Assembly: GCA_038143065.1 (NCBI GenBank)
Contig: JAYQLI010000035.1
Location: 1,024,001 to 1,088,000, forward strand
DNA from: Rhodospirillales bacterium
Lineage (GTDB): Bacteria > Pseudomonadota > Alphaproteobacteria > Bin95
Length of the DNA stretch: 64,000 nucleotides
Reading direction: 5' to 3'
In this document: in pieces, positions 33,972-44,071 of the stretch
Numbering within the stretch: the first letter of the stretch is position 1
Layout of the letters: each line of letters starts with the position of its first letter
The notes under the pieces: model-generated
Databases searched by the model: none
Seen by the model: only the letters and a program-made list of their open reading frames with translations
Told to the model about the DNA's origin: nothing
Made by a program: the position numbers and the translations under genes

Positions 33972-34913
33972 TTAACCGGCTTCTAAAACTCTCTCAGCGA
34001 TGGCATTTCCACTGGCCCAGGCAGCCTCAATACGCCCCTTGAGACACCAGGCACCACCCAAAAAGAGATTGTCGTTTTCATTTCGAAGAAATGGGGAACC
34101 AATTGGTGTCACAACATTTGCATAGCGCCAACGATGAGCAACGGCGTGAAATGCTGAACTAATATCTGCGCCGATCCTATCACAAAGTAAAACTAGAAGG
34201 TCTCGTGCAACACCAGGGAGATCTTGCTCCAATCGCTCAGCACTCCATTTAGGATCTGCCTGAGCAACCCAACAATTATCTGCAGATCGGCCAGGTTTTG
34301 AGCTATCAAGCGCAATCCATGATAAAATATCATCTGGTTCACGCCGGCTTATAAAAGGTTGTGGCTGATTTGGTTCAAAAGCCGCCATCAGGGTTAAACA
34401 AGGCGCTAAAACTGCCCCTGATACAGTTTCATAAAGGGTGTGGTCTTTTCCTATCAGCTTCGCTGTTTGAGGAGCTGGTGCAGTGACAATTAATTTTTCA
34501 CACTCAAATTTTTTGTTTCCAGCTTTAATTTCCCAACCAGAGCTGCATTCGGCGATGTGATCAACCTCTAAACCAGTTTGAACGTCTAGGTCAGCGGCAA
34601 GATGCTTAGCTAATGCATTCATACCGGGTGTGCCAACAAATCTTTTCAAATTACTCCCATCGTCCCAAACAGCTGCACCACCAGATCTTTGAATTTCCTC
34701 TATGAATAAACGAAATTCATTGCTTTTAGCTGTAAAATACTGAGCTCCATGGTCAAACGTCATGCCATCTTGGGCGCGCCTCGTGGATATCCTACCTCCA
34801 ACTCCACGCCCTTTTTCCAGAACTAATGGAGCATAGCCTGCATTTGCTAAAGCACGAGCACATGTCAACCCGGCAACTCCAGCACCAACTATGACGATCT
34901 TAGAACGTGACAT
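33972..34913 (-). CDS. Renalase-like NAD(P)/FAD-dependent oxidoreductase
   Basis: GAGVAG, EKGRGVGGRISTRR, FDHGAQYF, HRWRYA. Confidence 0.88.
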   Translation of the reverse strand: MSRSKIVIVGAGVAGLTCARALANAGYAPLVLEKGRGVGGRISTRRAQDGMTFDHGAQYFTAKSNEFRLFIEEIQRSGGAAVWDDGSNLKRFVGTPGMNALAKHLAADLDVQTGLEVDHIAECSSGWEIKAGNKKFECEKLIVTAPAPQTAKLIGKDHTLYETVSGAVLAPCLTLMAAFEPNQPQPFISRREPDDILSWIALDSSKPGRSADNCWVAQADPKWSAERLEQDLPGVARDLLVLLCDRIGADISSAFHAVAHRWRYANVVTPIGSPFLRNENDNLFLGGAWCLKGRIEAAWASGNAIAERVLEAG

Positions 34914-36142
34914 CAGAAAATCCCCAATGAAGACAAGATTGAAGGTATCTTTTGTTTAACCTTATAAAAACCTGCCGTGGCATTAGGCCAAATATTGGCA
35001 TCCCAGTCACGTTGCCATTCGCAAAGAGAAATTTGGGCCTCTTGTAAAGCTGGCTCCGCTTTTCGAAGCCAGTCACGTAACGGACCCTCCGGAACATAAG
35101 CGGTTACGATTTGCTTGGCACCAGCCTCCTTGGCCCACGAGGCAAGGATCATGGGGTCAAGACACTCCATTTGGGTTGCGTCAACCTTCAATCTACTAGC
35201 AGTGTCTGACAATGCTTTGATTTCAAATGACCTTACATGATCAGCAACAGGTCTTGGTGACCGCAAGAGGCTGCTTACCAATGAACGGCTTGAGCATATG
35301 TTAAGCATTTCTGGGAGAAATGTTTCTATCAGACAATCTTCCTCAGTGATCAGAAGGGCTGATGGCAATTCTCTATTTGGCACCAATGGTTTTCTCAATG
35401 GTTGAAGTGCTGGCAACCCCTCGGGCTCTAATGCATCGAGGCTCTGGATATCGGATGCAATCTCACCGTCAAGCGGTGTGAATTTATTGTTAGTAAATTT
35501 TGCTATGTTCCAAGCCTTCGCCTCATATGGTTTCCCCCTAGTATGAAGCCCCGCAACCCATCTCCATCCAAGAGTGTTAGAAGCAGGGTCACCGTCAAGA
35601 AGATGTCGATAGAAAAAATCCGCACCAAGCCTCCATGGAAGATGCAGAGTAAAGATCCATATGGATGCGAACCACATGCGTGAATGATTATGTAAATAAC
35701 CAGTTTCCGTTAATTCAGTAGCCCAGGCGTCAAAACAAGTTATGCCTGTTTCTCCAGATTCAGCACGAGTAAGACGAGCTTCCATGTTTGGATCAGAGTT
35801 AACCTCCTCCAAATCTTCATGAACGCCCTGAACATATGAATTCCAAACACCAGGACGCCGTTCAAGCCAACCCTTGAAGTAGCTTCTCCAGAAAACCTCT
35901 TGGATAAATTTTTCTGCTCCCTCAAGACCATGTGCCTGACTTGCCGCTTGCACCACCTCCTGTTCGGTAATCAGGCGCCGGCGAACATAGGGAGAAAGTT
36001 GCGAAACAAAATTGTGGTTGCCTGTACCCAAGTCATAGTTACGTCTCGAAGTGTAACTTTGCCCCATTAGAGGTACAAAATTTTGCATACATGCAAGAGC
36101 ATGGGAACGTGACGGCTGAAAGGTTGTCAAATTACAATCCAA
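34913..36142 (-). CDS. Photolyase with inverted domain order (NewPHL-like)
   Basis: FAD-binding motifs at the N-terminus (SQLSPY, FIQEVFWRSY, GYLHNHSRMWFAS, LLDGDPASNTLGWRW). The alpha/beta-like segment follows at the C-terminus; 409 aa. Confidence 0.85.
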   Translation of the reverse strand: MDCNLTTFQPSRSHALACMQNFVPLMGQSYTSRRNYDLGTGNHNFVSQLSPYVRRRLITEQEVVQAASQAHGLEGAEKFIQEVFWRSYFKGWLERRPGVWNSYVQGVHEDLEEVNSDPNMEARLTRAESGETGITCFDAWATELTETGYLHNHSRMWFASIWIFTLHLPWRLGADFFYRHLLDGDPASNTLGWRWVAGLHTRGKPYEAKAWNIAKFTNNKFTPLDGEIASDIQSLDALEPEGLPALQPLRKPLVPNRELPSALLITEEDCLIETFLPEMLNICSSRSLVSSLLRSPRPVADHVRSFEIKALSDTASRLKVDATQMECLDPMILASWAKEAGAKQIVTAYVPEGPLRDWLRKAEPALQEAQISLCEWQRDWDANIWPNATAGFYKVKQKIPSILSSLGIF

Positions 36143-36248
36143 AAGTTTTTTTTTGACCTGTGTCAGCAGGTATTATTTACCCAGATGTCCAGTCGTCGCA
36201 GCTGGTAAAAAGTGTTTAATATTTGTTTCCTGTTTCCAATAGCCGTAT

Positions 36249-36689
36249 TCACAGGGCAGCAGCGATCAAAGCCGTGACCGCGCAGATGGTCAATGGCCAA
36301 CGTAACTTCGGGTACCAAGTAGGGACCCAACCCCAATAAACTGAACAGGTATCGAGAACTAGCATAGCCAGAAAACTGCCAGCCAACCCAAATAAGCCAA
36401 TATGGGTCGGTAATACTAATGCTCCCCAAGCAACCAGCGATGGAATGACACTAACCACTAACCTCGTAACATTTGAGGTCACCTCTCTCTTGGAATTGCC
36501 AATACAGTACCCCCAATGCACTCCTCCGAGGAACGAGAGAATGAGAGCTCCATAAGATGTGAGGGCTAAACGCGCGTCCACTGCAAATTCCTGTGGGCCA
36601 GCAACTACAATTAGCGCGAGGGAGACAAAGGGAATCAGCCCCATTCCACCAAGTATGATCGCGGATTTCGGAGGATTACGTGTCCACAT
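36249..36689 (-). CDS. DUF3429-family membrane protein
   Basis: LGGMGLIPF, YGALILSFLGGVHWG, WYPKLRWPLT. Confidence 0.88.
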   Translation of the reverse strand: MWTRNPPKSAIILGGMGLIPFVSLALIVVAGPQEFAVDARLALTSYGALILSFLGGVHWGYCIGNSKREVTSNVTRLVVSVIPSLVAWGALVLPTHIGLFGLAGSFLAMLVLDTCSVYWGWVPTWYPKLRWPLTICAVTALIAAAL

Positions 36690-36911
36690 TTTACGTAAGC
36701 CCTCTGGGTTTTTAAATTCTTGGCATCACAAGGCTAAACGATGCTTGGTCAAGCCTAACAAAAAATATTCAGCCCTTATTTATAGTAGGTTAGAAAGCTC
36801 AGGATAAACATCAAATTGGATTATCATTTGGCATATGAACAAACGGTGTAAATAATTAAATTCTCGGGAAAAATGTTTACTTGGCGAACTTTAAAAAGTT
36901 GAGGAATTTGG

Positions 36912-38210
36912 TTGATGAGAGTGATGAACAATGCTGACCATAAAGACAAAGCTAATGGGGCAAAGTGGGTTGTCTCCTGGTCGGCAGCAATGCAAGGTCC
37001 TGCACCCCATGGCGTTCCTGCAGCGTTACCTGATCAGTCAATGGCTCTACCCAATTGGGAGGCCCACGATCAAACCTTCCGCATGATTATTAAGCCAGAC
37101 CTTTGGGGTCACACTGCTCGTCTCCGCTTTTCAAATGCATTCGGCAATCGTTCGGTTACTTTAGGAAGTGTTAGAGTAGCAATACATGCGGGTGCTGGCG
37201 CACTCATTCCCAAAACTACTGTTCTGGTAAATTTCTCTGGTGAAGATCAATGCACTCTGGAAATTGGGACAGAACTGCTAAGCGATCCATTTAATCTTCC
37301 ATCGATAGCAGCAGACCCTCAACTTTTGGGATGTAAGCTTGCCGTAAGCTTTCATGTGAAAGAAACAAGCGGTGCCCTCACTTGGCATGCGAAAGCAATG
37401 ACAACCTCTTACATTTCACCCCCCGGTAGTGGGGCAGTTGGCGACCATGAGTCAGAGGCCAAGTTTCCTTTTTCAACTACAGCTTGGTATTTTTTGGATG
37501 GAATGGATGTTGTCACGGCAAATTCAACCACTGTTGTGGCAGCATTAGGCGACTCTATTACGGATGGGACGTTTTCAACTTTAAATGGTGATGATCGCTG
37601 GAGTGACAGATTATCGAGGAGGCTGCACTTAGCTTATGGTTCATCCGTATCGGTTGTTAATGTAGGTATTGGCGGCAATCAAATAATTGGGCCCTCCACC
37701 TACCCTCCTCCATTTAATGGAGGTCCAAGCGCTCTTGATCGGCTTGAACGAGACATTCTAAGCCGAGCTGGAATTACCCACGTGATATGGGCCGAAGGCA
37801 TAAATGACCTTGGACAAGCCTTCGCACCCCTAGGGACCATCCCAGCAAAAGCAACCGAAATTATTGCTGGGATTAAGACTGGCGTAGACCGCATGAAACA
37901 GGCTGGAATAAAAGTGATTGGAGGCACCCTGCCCACAAGCCTTAATGCAACTCGAGAAATTTATGGTACATCAACTACGGACACCCAAAGACGTGAGATA
38001 AATTCCTTTATTCGTAACTCTGGGATATTTGATGGCGTAGTAGATTTTGAGGCGGCTACCATTGATCCTAGCTCAGGTGAATTTAGAGAAATTTATCAAC
38101 CAGACAGTACTCTTGGTATGCCCGCAGATCGGCTTCATCCTAACCGCGCTGGTTACATCGCGATGGGCAATGCATTAGATTTAGATATGTTTGCGCCTTT
38201 AGAGGCTTAA
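36912..38210 (+). CDS. SGNH/GDSL hydrolase
   Basis: GDSITDG, NVGIGGN, EGINDL, DRLHPN. Confidence 0.9.
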   Translation: MMRVMNNADHKDKANGAKWVVSWSAAMQGPAPHGVPAALPDQSMALPNWEAHDQTFRMIIKPDLWGHTARLRFSNAFGNRSVTLGSVRVAIHAGAGALIPKTTVLVNFSGEDQCTLEIGTELLSDPFNLPSIAADPQLLGCKLAVSFHVKETSGALTWHAKAMTTSYISPPGSGAVGDHESEAKFPFSTTAWYFLDGMDVVTANSTTVVAALGDSITDGTFSTLNGDDRWSDRLSRRLHLAYGSSVSVVNVGIGGNQIIGPSTYPPPFNGGPSALDRLERDILSRAGITHVIWAEGINDLGQAFAPLGTIPAKATEIIAGIKTGVDRMKQAGIKVIGGTLPTSLNATREIYGTSTTDTQRREINSFIRNSGIFDGVVDFEAATIDPSSGEFREIYQPDSTLGMPADRLHPNRAGYIAMGNALDLDMFAPLEA

Positions 38211-38250
38211 AAGTAAAAAGACTGTAACGCAGAAAGTCTCAATTCGAATT

Positions 38251-39727
38251 ATGAACGCCTGTCCTACCGATATGAAAACAATCAAATTTCAGCTTAGTCT
38301 ACACAAGTATGTTTTTAGTCTGATAACAGCTTGTTTTTTGGTATCTTTTTCAACTTCTCTGGCAACAGGCAGAGATTTTGAAGTTGCTACGAGCTATGAA
38401 TACTTTGAAGCTGAAGGCAGCAACATAAAAAGTTTGAACCGTATTTATGTCGGTGCTGAGATCTTGCCTGGCCTGAGTTTTGGGCAATCAATATTTTCTG
38501 CTGCAGAGGGCGACGCAGGCGGAGCATTCTTTTGGGGATTTGAGGGACGAAAGAGCTTTTCTCTTACAAATCAAATTTCGGCAAATGCTGGTCTATTTAT
38601 AGGTGGAGGCGGCGGAGCCAATGAAGTAACTGGCGACGGCACAATGACCCAGGTTCGAGCTGGTATTGATTACAAAATAGATGACCAATTTTCGCTGCAA
38701 ACATCTACAACTTGGACAAAGATAACTGATACTGAAATCGATGAATTTGGTCTCAGCGTAGGATTGTCATACGCGTTCGATGTTAAGTCTGATGACAAAA
38801 ATTCAGATTTGATTGACTTGCCTATTTCACGCATGGCATTCACCACAACTCAGCTAACGGCTTTGAATAGCTCAGTTACTCGCTCTGGCATTGATCAACC
38901 CGACATCTCACTGGTCGGCGCTGAATTTCACTCCCCAATAAGTCAAAATTCGCAAGTCTGGATAGCAGCTGACGGTGCTGCAGAAGGTGCCGAGGGCTAC
39001 ATGGAAATTTTAGCGGGCCTTAGAACTGAGGTGCCCTTAGGGGATTGGCGAGGATTTGCAGGCGCAGGTGCTGGGTTTGGTGGTGGAGGTCAAGTAGATA
39101 CTGGAGGAGGTTTACTCCTTACAGCACGACTTGGAGCAGCAATACCATTAACAAGATCCTTAGATCTTGAAGCCGCTTTAGTCGGTTTAGAAGCACCTGA
39201 TGGGGCCTTTGATGCAGTGGGGTTGTCTCTTCAAGTAGTGAAAAACTTTGAGAAAAAATCTACGCCCTCCCTAACCTCCCCAACGTTGGGCTCTGTCCAT
39301 GGGTGTTTCTCACCAGGAGCCTAATGATAATTTTCGCGTTGCAGGAGCTAACAGGCCGGAAGCACCAATTATGCAGGAAAGCTCTCTGGACCTTTTCATA
39401 AGTGATGGTGCTTACATCACAGGAAATGCTCAAACGACAATCTCTGGAAACGCAGGCGGATATGCCATTGGTTTGTTGGGTTTGGGTTATGAAATTTCCT
39501 TAAGTGAAAATTGGTTTATCTCTGCCGAAGGACACCTTGGTGCGGCTGGAGGCGGAAGCGTAAATGCAGCCGGCGGCTTAATAGGTGGAGCCAGGCTGGA
39601 AATAGACCGAGCAATATGGGGCAAAAGCCGTGTATCACTGGGTGTAGGTCAATTAAGAAGCCTAAATTCCGGAGGCATGGCTCCAATTATCACGCAGATT
39701 GGAATTAAAATTCCTTTCAAAACATGA
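38251..39727 (+). CDS. Putative outer-membrane beta-barrel protein with three Gly-rich internal repeats (frameshift near 39250-39300)
   Basis: Signal peptide, alternating hydrophobic strands, three copies of a G.AGG[YAF]...GGGGG...GG unit and a C-terminal GIKIPF. Confidence 0.6.
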
Positions 39728-39773
39728 GAACGTCTTTCTCTTAATTTTCAGCTCTGTTCATCCCAGATAAAAA

Positions 39774-41036
39774 TTAACTTTCATCTGGTGTATTCTCTGT
39801 CTGAAAATAAACCAGTAATCCGAGCACCTGGCAAAAAGCTAGAAAACAAAAAGTTAGCCTATACCCATCGGCAATTTTTGCTTCTAAAAGGCTTGTGAAT
39901 AAGTCAAATGCAAACCCTGAAGCCGTTTGGAAGAGGAAAATACCTCCAACTATAAAGATGTTAATGGTCGTGATTACCCTGCCTGAGAGATTTGGGGAAA
40001 TAAATTCTGCCCTTGAGCGATAATAAGTGCATGCAACTGAGATACGCCCGCAAATGCGGTTAGCAAAATCAACGTTGTCCAGTAGGAGGCATTTCCAAGG
40101 GCCGCAAGGCAGAGCAATAGGCTGACTTGAGCAATTACCCCACTTGATACAACCACTTTGCGCCGCCCAGTCCAACGGTCGAGAGGCCCATAAATTACAC
40201 CACCCAAGTTAAGAGCAATTAGCAATGCTAAAACAGTAGTTCCGACCTGTTGCGGATTTAAGTCAAAACGATCTCTCATATAAACGCCAGAGAGCAGTCC
40301 TATAACTGCAATCGCTGGTCCAATTGCTGTTATGCTAAATGCGGCCAGTAGGAGGAAACGCCGCTGGCCTAAGATCATTATGATCCCGCCAAAACTTTGA
40401 GCCAAAGTTTCTGGCTCTTTTTCCCTGAGCGCAGACCGAGGCCCCTCTTTCACCGTTAATTTCACAAGCACAATTACCAAAGACGTGATTAATGCAAGAC
40501 CTATGAAAATTGGCTCACGTCCGAAGTCATGTAGGAGTACTGCCAGGGGTGCTGTTGCCAGAAGGACAGCAATCGTGCCTGGAATAGCCTGAATTAACGC
40601 AGCAGCCGTAGTAAAATTTTTCTTGGGATCCAGCCTAATAAAAACACATAAATACCACTTACAACGCAGGCAAATCCTGATCCTATCATTGCTCGAGCAA
40701 GAACCAGCAACCATACATCGTCCACCCAGGCAAAAATTAAAATTCCTGAGATGCTCAGAGGTGCGAGATAAACCACAGCTTTGACGGGACCAACACGATC
40801 CAAAGAATTCCTGAAATGGGCTGGGTGCACGCCGAAGCTAAAAACATAACTCCGATAATTAGGCCTAGATCAGATGCATTGATGGATAATTCCGACATCA
40901 AGGAAGGAGCAATAACTGCCCCACCCATCCGATGCATCTGAGCCATTACAAACAACAAAGAATATATAGCGGACATAAAAACAATGAGACGCAAAGGATT
41001 ATTGCCTTTTGACTGCACCGTTGCAGCAGAAATCAT
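39774..41036 (-). CDS. MFS transporter (about three frameshifts)
   Basis: Hydrophobic helices; LDRVGP and GPLDRWTGRRK motif-A-like loops across fragments 40755-41036, 40594-40830, 39974-40714 and 39774-40175. Confidence 0.8.
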
Positions 41037-41165
41037 GAATTAGAATTTCCCTTCCGTATTGTTTCTGGCAGGATAGTTACTCTGGCTAACAACAAAAGTC
41101 GCTGTTTTTCTGCTTTAGGTTGATTGAAAAATAGAAATTCTGGCAACTAAAATAGGAGAAGATGT

Positions 41166-42053
41166 ATGAGTGAATTACAGGGAATAATTGCTCCTTTCAC
41201 CACGCCCTTTGCACCAAGTGGTGAAATTCAATATTCGCTTATACCTCCACAAGTTGACTGGTTAATCGAAAACGGAGTGCATGGGTTAGCCGCGGGCGGG
41301 AGCACCGGTGAAGGTCATGCACTCGATAGACAAGAATATTACGACCTCATGTCTAAAACAGCAGATGCAATCGCTGGAAGGGTACCTCTTGTTGCTGGAA
41401 TCATTGCCAATTCAACAAGTGAGGTTGCTGCACGTGGCAAGTCCGTTAAGGCGCTTGGTGTTGCCGCTCTGCAGATCACCCCGCCATCATATCTATTCAA
41501 ACCTGATGATGATGCGTTAATAAATCATTTCCGGGAAATTCACTCTGAGTGCGGGATTCCTATCCTTATCTATAATGTTGTTCCTTGGTGCTACCTATCG
41601 CCGGATCTGTTACTTCGTATCATGGATGAGGTGCCTGGTGTTCTTGGAGTTAAACAAAGTGCAGGCGACGTTAAATTATTTGCAGAACTTCAGCGCCGCG
41701 CAAAACCGGAGAACTTAATATTTAGCGCAGTAGATGCCATGTTGTACTCTACCTATACTCTTGGTGCTCGAGGAGCTATCGCAGCAATTTTGACAGCGGC
41801 ACCTGGCCCATCCGTAAAACTTTGGGACGCTGTGAAGCGTCAAGATTGGGACACCGCCCTGGATTTGCACGAGAGATTAATGCCGTTATGGGATGCGATT
41901 GGATTAGATAATATGCCTTCCCTTTGTAAATACGCTCAACAACTACAGGGGTTAGATGCAGGAGTTGCGCGTAAGCCCACTTCGCCAGCAACCGAGGAAC
42001 AGAAGAAAGCCGTACGTTCTGCCTTATCTGGCCTAAACCTTATCAGGGACTAG
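41166..42053 (+). CDS. DHDPS/N-acetylneuraminate lyase-family aldolase
   Basis: GGSTGEG, IYNVVP, GVKQS (Schiff-base Lys). Confidence 0.88.
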   Translation: MSELQGIIAPFTTPFAPSGEIQYSLIPPQVDWLIENGVHGLAAGGSTGEGHALDRQEYYDLMSKTADAIAGRVPLVAGIIANSTSEVAARGKSVKALGVAALQITPPSYLFKPDDDALINHFREIHSECGIPILIYNVVPWCYLSPDLLLRIMDEVPGVLGVKQSAGDVKLFAELQRRAKPENLIFSAVDAMLYSTYTLGARGAIAAILTAAPGPSVKLWDAVKRQDWDTALDLHERLMPLWDAIGLDNMPSLCKYAQQLQGLDAGVARKPTSPATEEQKKAVRSALSGLNLIRD

Positions 42054-42271
42054 TGTATTCGCCTCTCTGAGCTCTAATGAAAAAGACATCGTGATAACAC
42101 GGCAACCTTAATTAAAATGCTTCTAGTTAAGGTAGCGTAAAATAGCTGCGTTGTTCATTGGTGATAAATTTATCTGCAGTGCTGGCTACGCAATAGGTTT
42201 TGAAAGCTTAATGCGTTAATCATCATTCATTATGGTAAGTTTTCATCTTAACAATCTGGGAGATATATCAG

Positions 42272-43018
42272 ATGAGTTCAATCGAGTTTCTACCAGGCGG
42301 TTACAGATTCATACCGGGCGTTTTTCAGTATTCCGCTGGGGTTGCAGCATTAGCTGGTTTCGGCATGCGAAGGATCCAGTTTCAGCGTCCAGTACCACTC
42401 TCCGAAGGTTTTGCGCGAGCGGAAAAAATTATTAAAGAGGCTGGGCGTCCCCTCACTGCATTCTGTGCGTGCGAGTTACGCTCACCTGGTCAATTTTCAG
42501 AGGATGCGTTTAGGAGTTTCAACGAACATTACGTAGACACCCTCTCAACCTGGAAAATCTTTGATGGGGCAACAAACCCGGTTGCCCGGAGCAATGTTTG
42601 CCCTGAGGTGAACGGCCCCGCTGAGCCCTCTTTTCACGCTTTTACATTTACTGTTGTGCGCGAAGAAACTCGTCCATCCTTTGTGATCGCTGGCAGTGGA
42701 GAATGCCCTGAAGGTTTAGGGAATTATCGTGATAATACCGTTAGGCTTGGTGACTTGAGCGCTGAGGGGATCCTTGAAAAAGCGAGATTTGTACTCGACG
42801 AAATGGAACGCCGTCAGGAAGTACTGCAACAAAGTTGGAAAACCGTTACTGCAACCCAAGTCTATACCGTTCACGATATTTATCCTTTTCTAGCTAGTGA
42901 AATCGTTGGGCGCGGAGCAGCGCCAGCAGGTATCACCTGGCACTTTGATCGACCACCAGTCGTCGACCTAGAGTACGAGATGGATTGCCGTGGTGTATTT
43001 GAGGAGTTTGTCATCTGA
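42272..43018 (+). CDS. 2-amino-5-chloromuconate deaminase CnbZ-like protein
   Basis: YSAGVAA, FCACELRSP, NPVARSNVCP, SFVIAGSGE, RPPVVDLEYEMDCR. Confidence 0.75.
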   Translation: MSSIEFLPGGYRFIPGVFQYSAGVAALAGFGMRRIQFQRPVPLSEGFARAEKIIKEAGRPLTAFCACELRSPGQFSEDAFRSFNEHYVDTLSTWKIFDGATNPVARSNVCPEVNGPAEPSFHAFTFTVVREETRPSFVIAGSGECPEGLGNYRDNTVRLGDLSAEGILEKARFVLDEMERRQEVLQQSWKTVTATQVYTVHDIYPFLASEIVGRGAAPAGITWHFDRPPVVDLEYEMDCRGVFEEFVI

Positions 43019-44001
43019 GTACTCATCTAAAAATTGCAGTAGCCGCTTACGACCGCACATTACCTCTTATGGCCGGCTTGATAAGTATTGAAGATGTGGA
43101 GGCTGAATACGTCACTGCACCACTCGAGGAAATTTTTGCTCGAGCCTTCGATAAGCAAGCATTCGATGTCACCGAGCTTTCTTTTAGCAATTATCTTTAC
43201 CTAACCTCTATCGGTAAGTGCCCTTATATAGGCCTACCCGTGTTTCCTTCCCGCGCATTCCGACATTCCGCATTCTACATTCGAACAGATCGCGGCATCA
43301 GAGGACCTCGTGATCTGGCTGGACGCTTGGTTGGAGTGCGTGAATTTTCAATGACCGCTGCGTTGGTAGCACGTGGCATACTCGAAGATGATTTTGGGCT
43401 TCGTTCCAAAGATCTACGTTGGCGATACGGTCCTGCTGATGCAAAAGACAGTGATCCGATTGTGCGGATTAAACCAGCAGGTGTCGAACTAGAGCCCCTT
43501 GGCGACAGTGCAAATTTATCAGATGCATTACGTGACGGAGAGATAGATGCAATGGTGGCGTATAAACCGCCACCAGCATTCCTAGACGGCGCTCCGAACA
43601 TAGGACGATTATTTCTTGACTGTGATGCAGTAGAAGCAGACTACGCACAACGCACAGGTATATTCCCAATCATGCATCTTCTTGGCATCCGAAGGGAGAT
43701 AGCGGAACGCACCCCGGGTCTTTGTGTTCGCTTGTGTGACGCATTTGAGGCATCACGACGCTTCGCTGTCGAGCGTACTAATGAGACTCAGGCTCCTTTT
43801 ACTAGCCTTCCCTGGGGTCCCACTGAAGCTGCTCGATCGAGACGCATTTTGGGGCAAAGTTTCTGGTCTTACGGCGTAAAGGCAAATCAACCTGCACTTG
43901 AAGCGCTTTGCCGATACTCCCATACGCAGGGTATTAGTAATAGGTTGGTGAAAGTAGAGGAGTTGTTTGCACCTCCCACTTTAGATTGGGTTCCATCCTA
44001 A
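43015..44001 (+). CDS. 4,5-dihydroxyphthalate decarboxylase-like (PBP2-fold) protein; apparent CTG start at 43015
   Basis: In-frame upstream YDRTLPL motif, FDVTELSFS, PVFPSRAFRHS, TGIFPIMH, FWSYG. Confidence 0.8.
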   Translation: MSTHLKIAVAAYDRTLPLMAGLISIEDVEAEYVTAPLEEIFARAFDKQAFDVTELSFSNYLYLTSIGKCPYIGLPVFPSRAFRHSAFYIRTDRGIRGPRDLAGRLVGVREFSMTAALVARGILEDDFGLRSKDLRWRYGPADAKDSDPIVRIKPAGVELEPLGDSANLSDALRDGEIDAMVAYKPPPAFLDGAPNIGRLFLDCDAVEADYAQRTGIFPIMHLLGIRREIAERTPGLCVRLCDAFEASRRFAVERTNETQAPFTSLPWGPTEAARSRRILGQSFWSYGVKANQPALEALCRYSHTQGISNRLVKVEELFAPPTLDWVPS

Positions 44002-44071
44002 CGCGCACGATCAAAGTGGTGCATAATTTCCACTGACGCCAATGGAGCATGCTTAGACAATCACCGAGATA

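Noticed and set aside
42054-42271. Weak inverted repeats in the intergenic region (possible ncRNA)
   Set aside because: Short imperfect AT-rich stems with no recognisable family motif or terminator.
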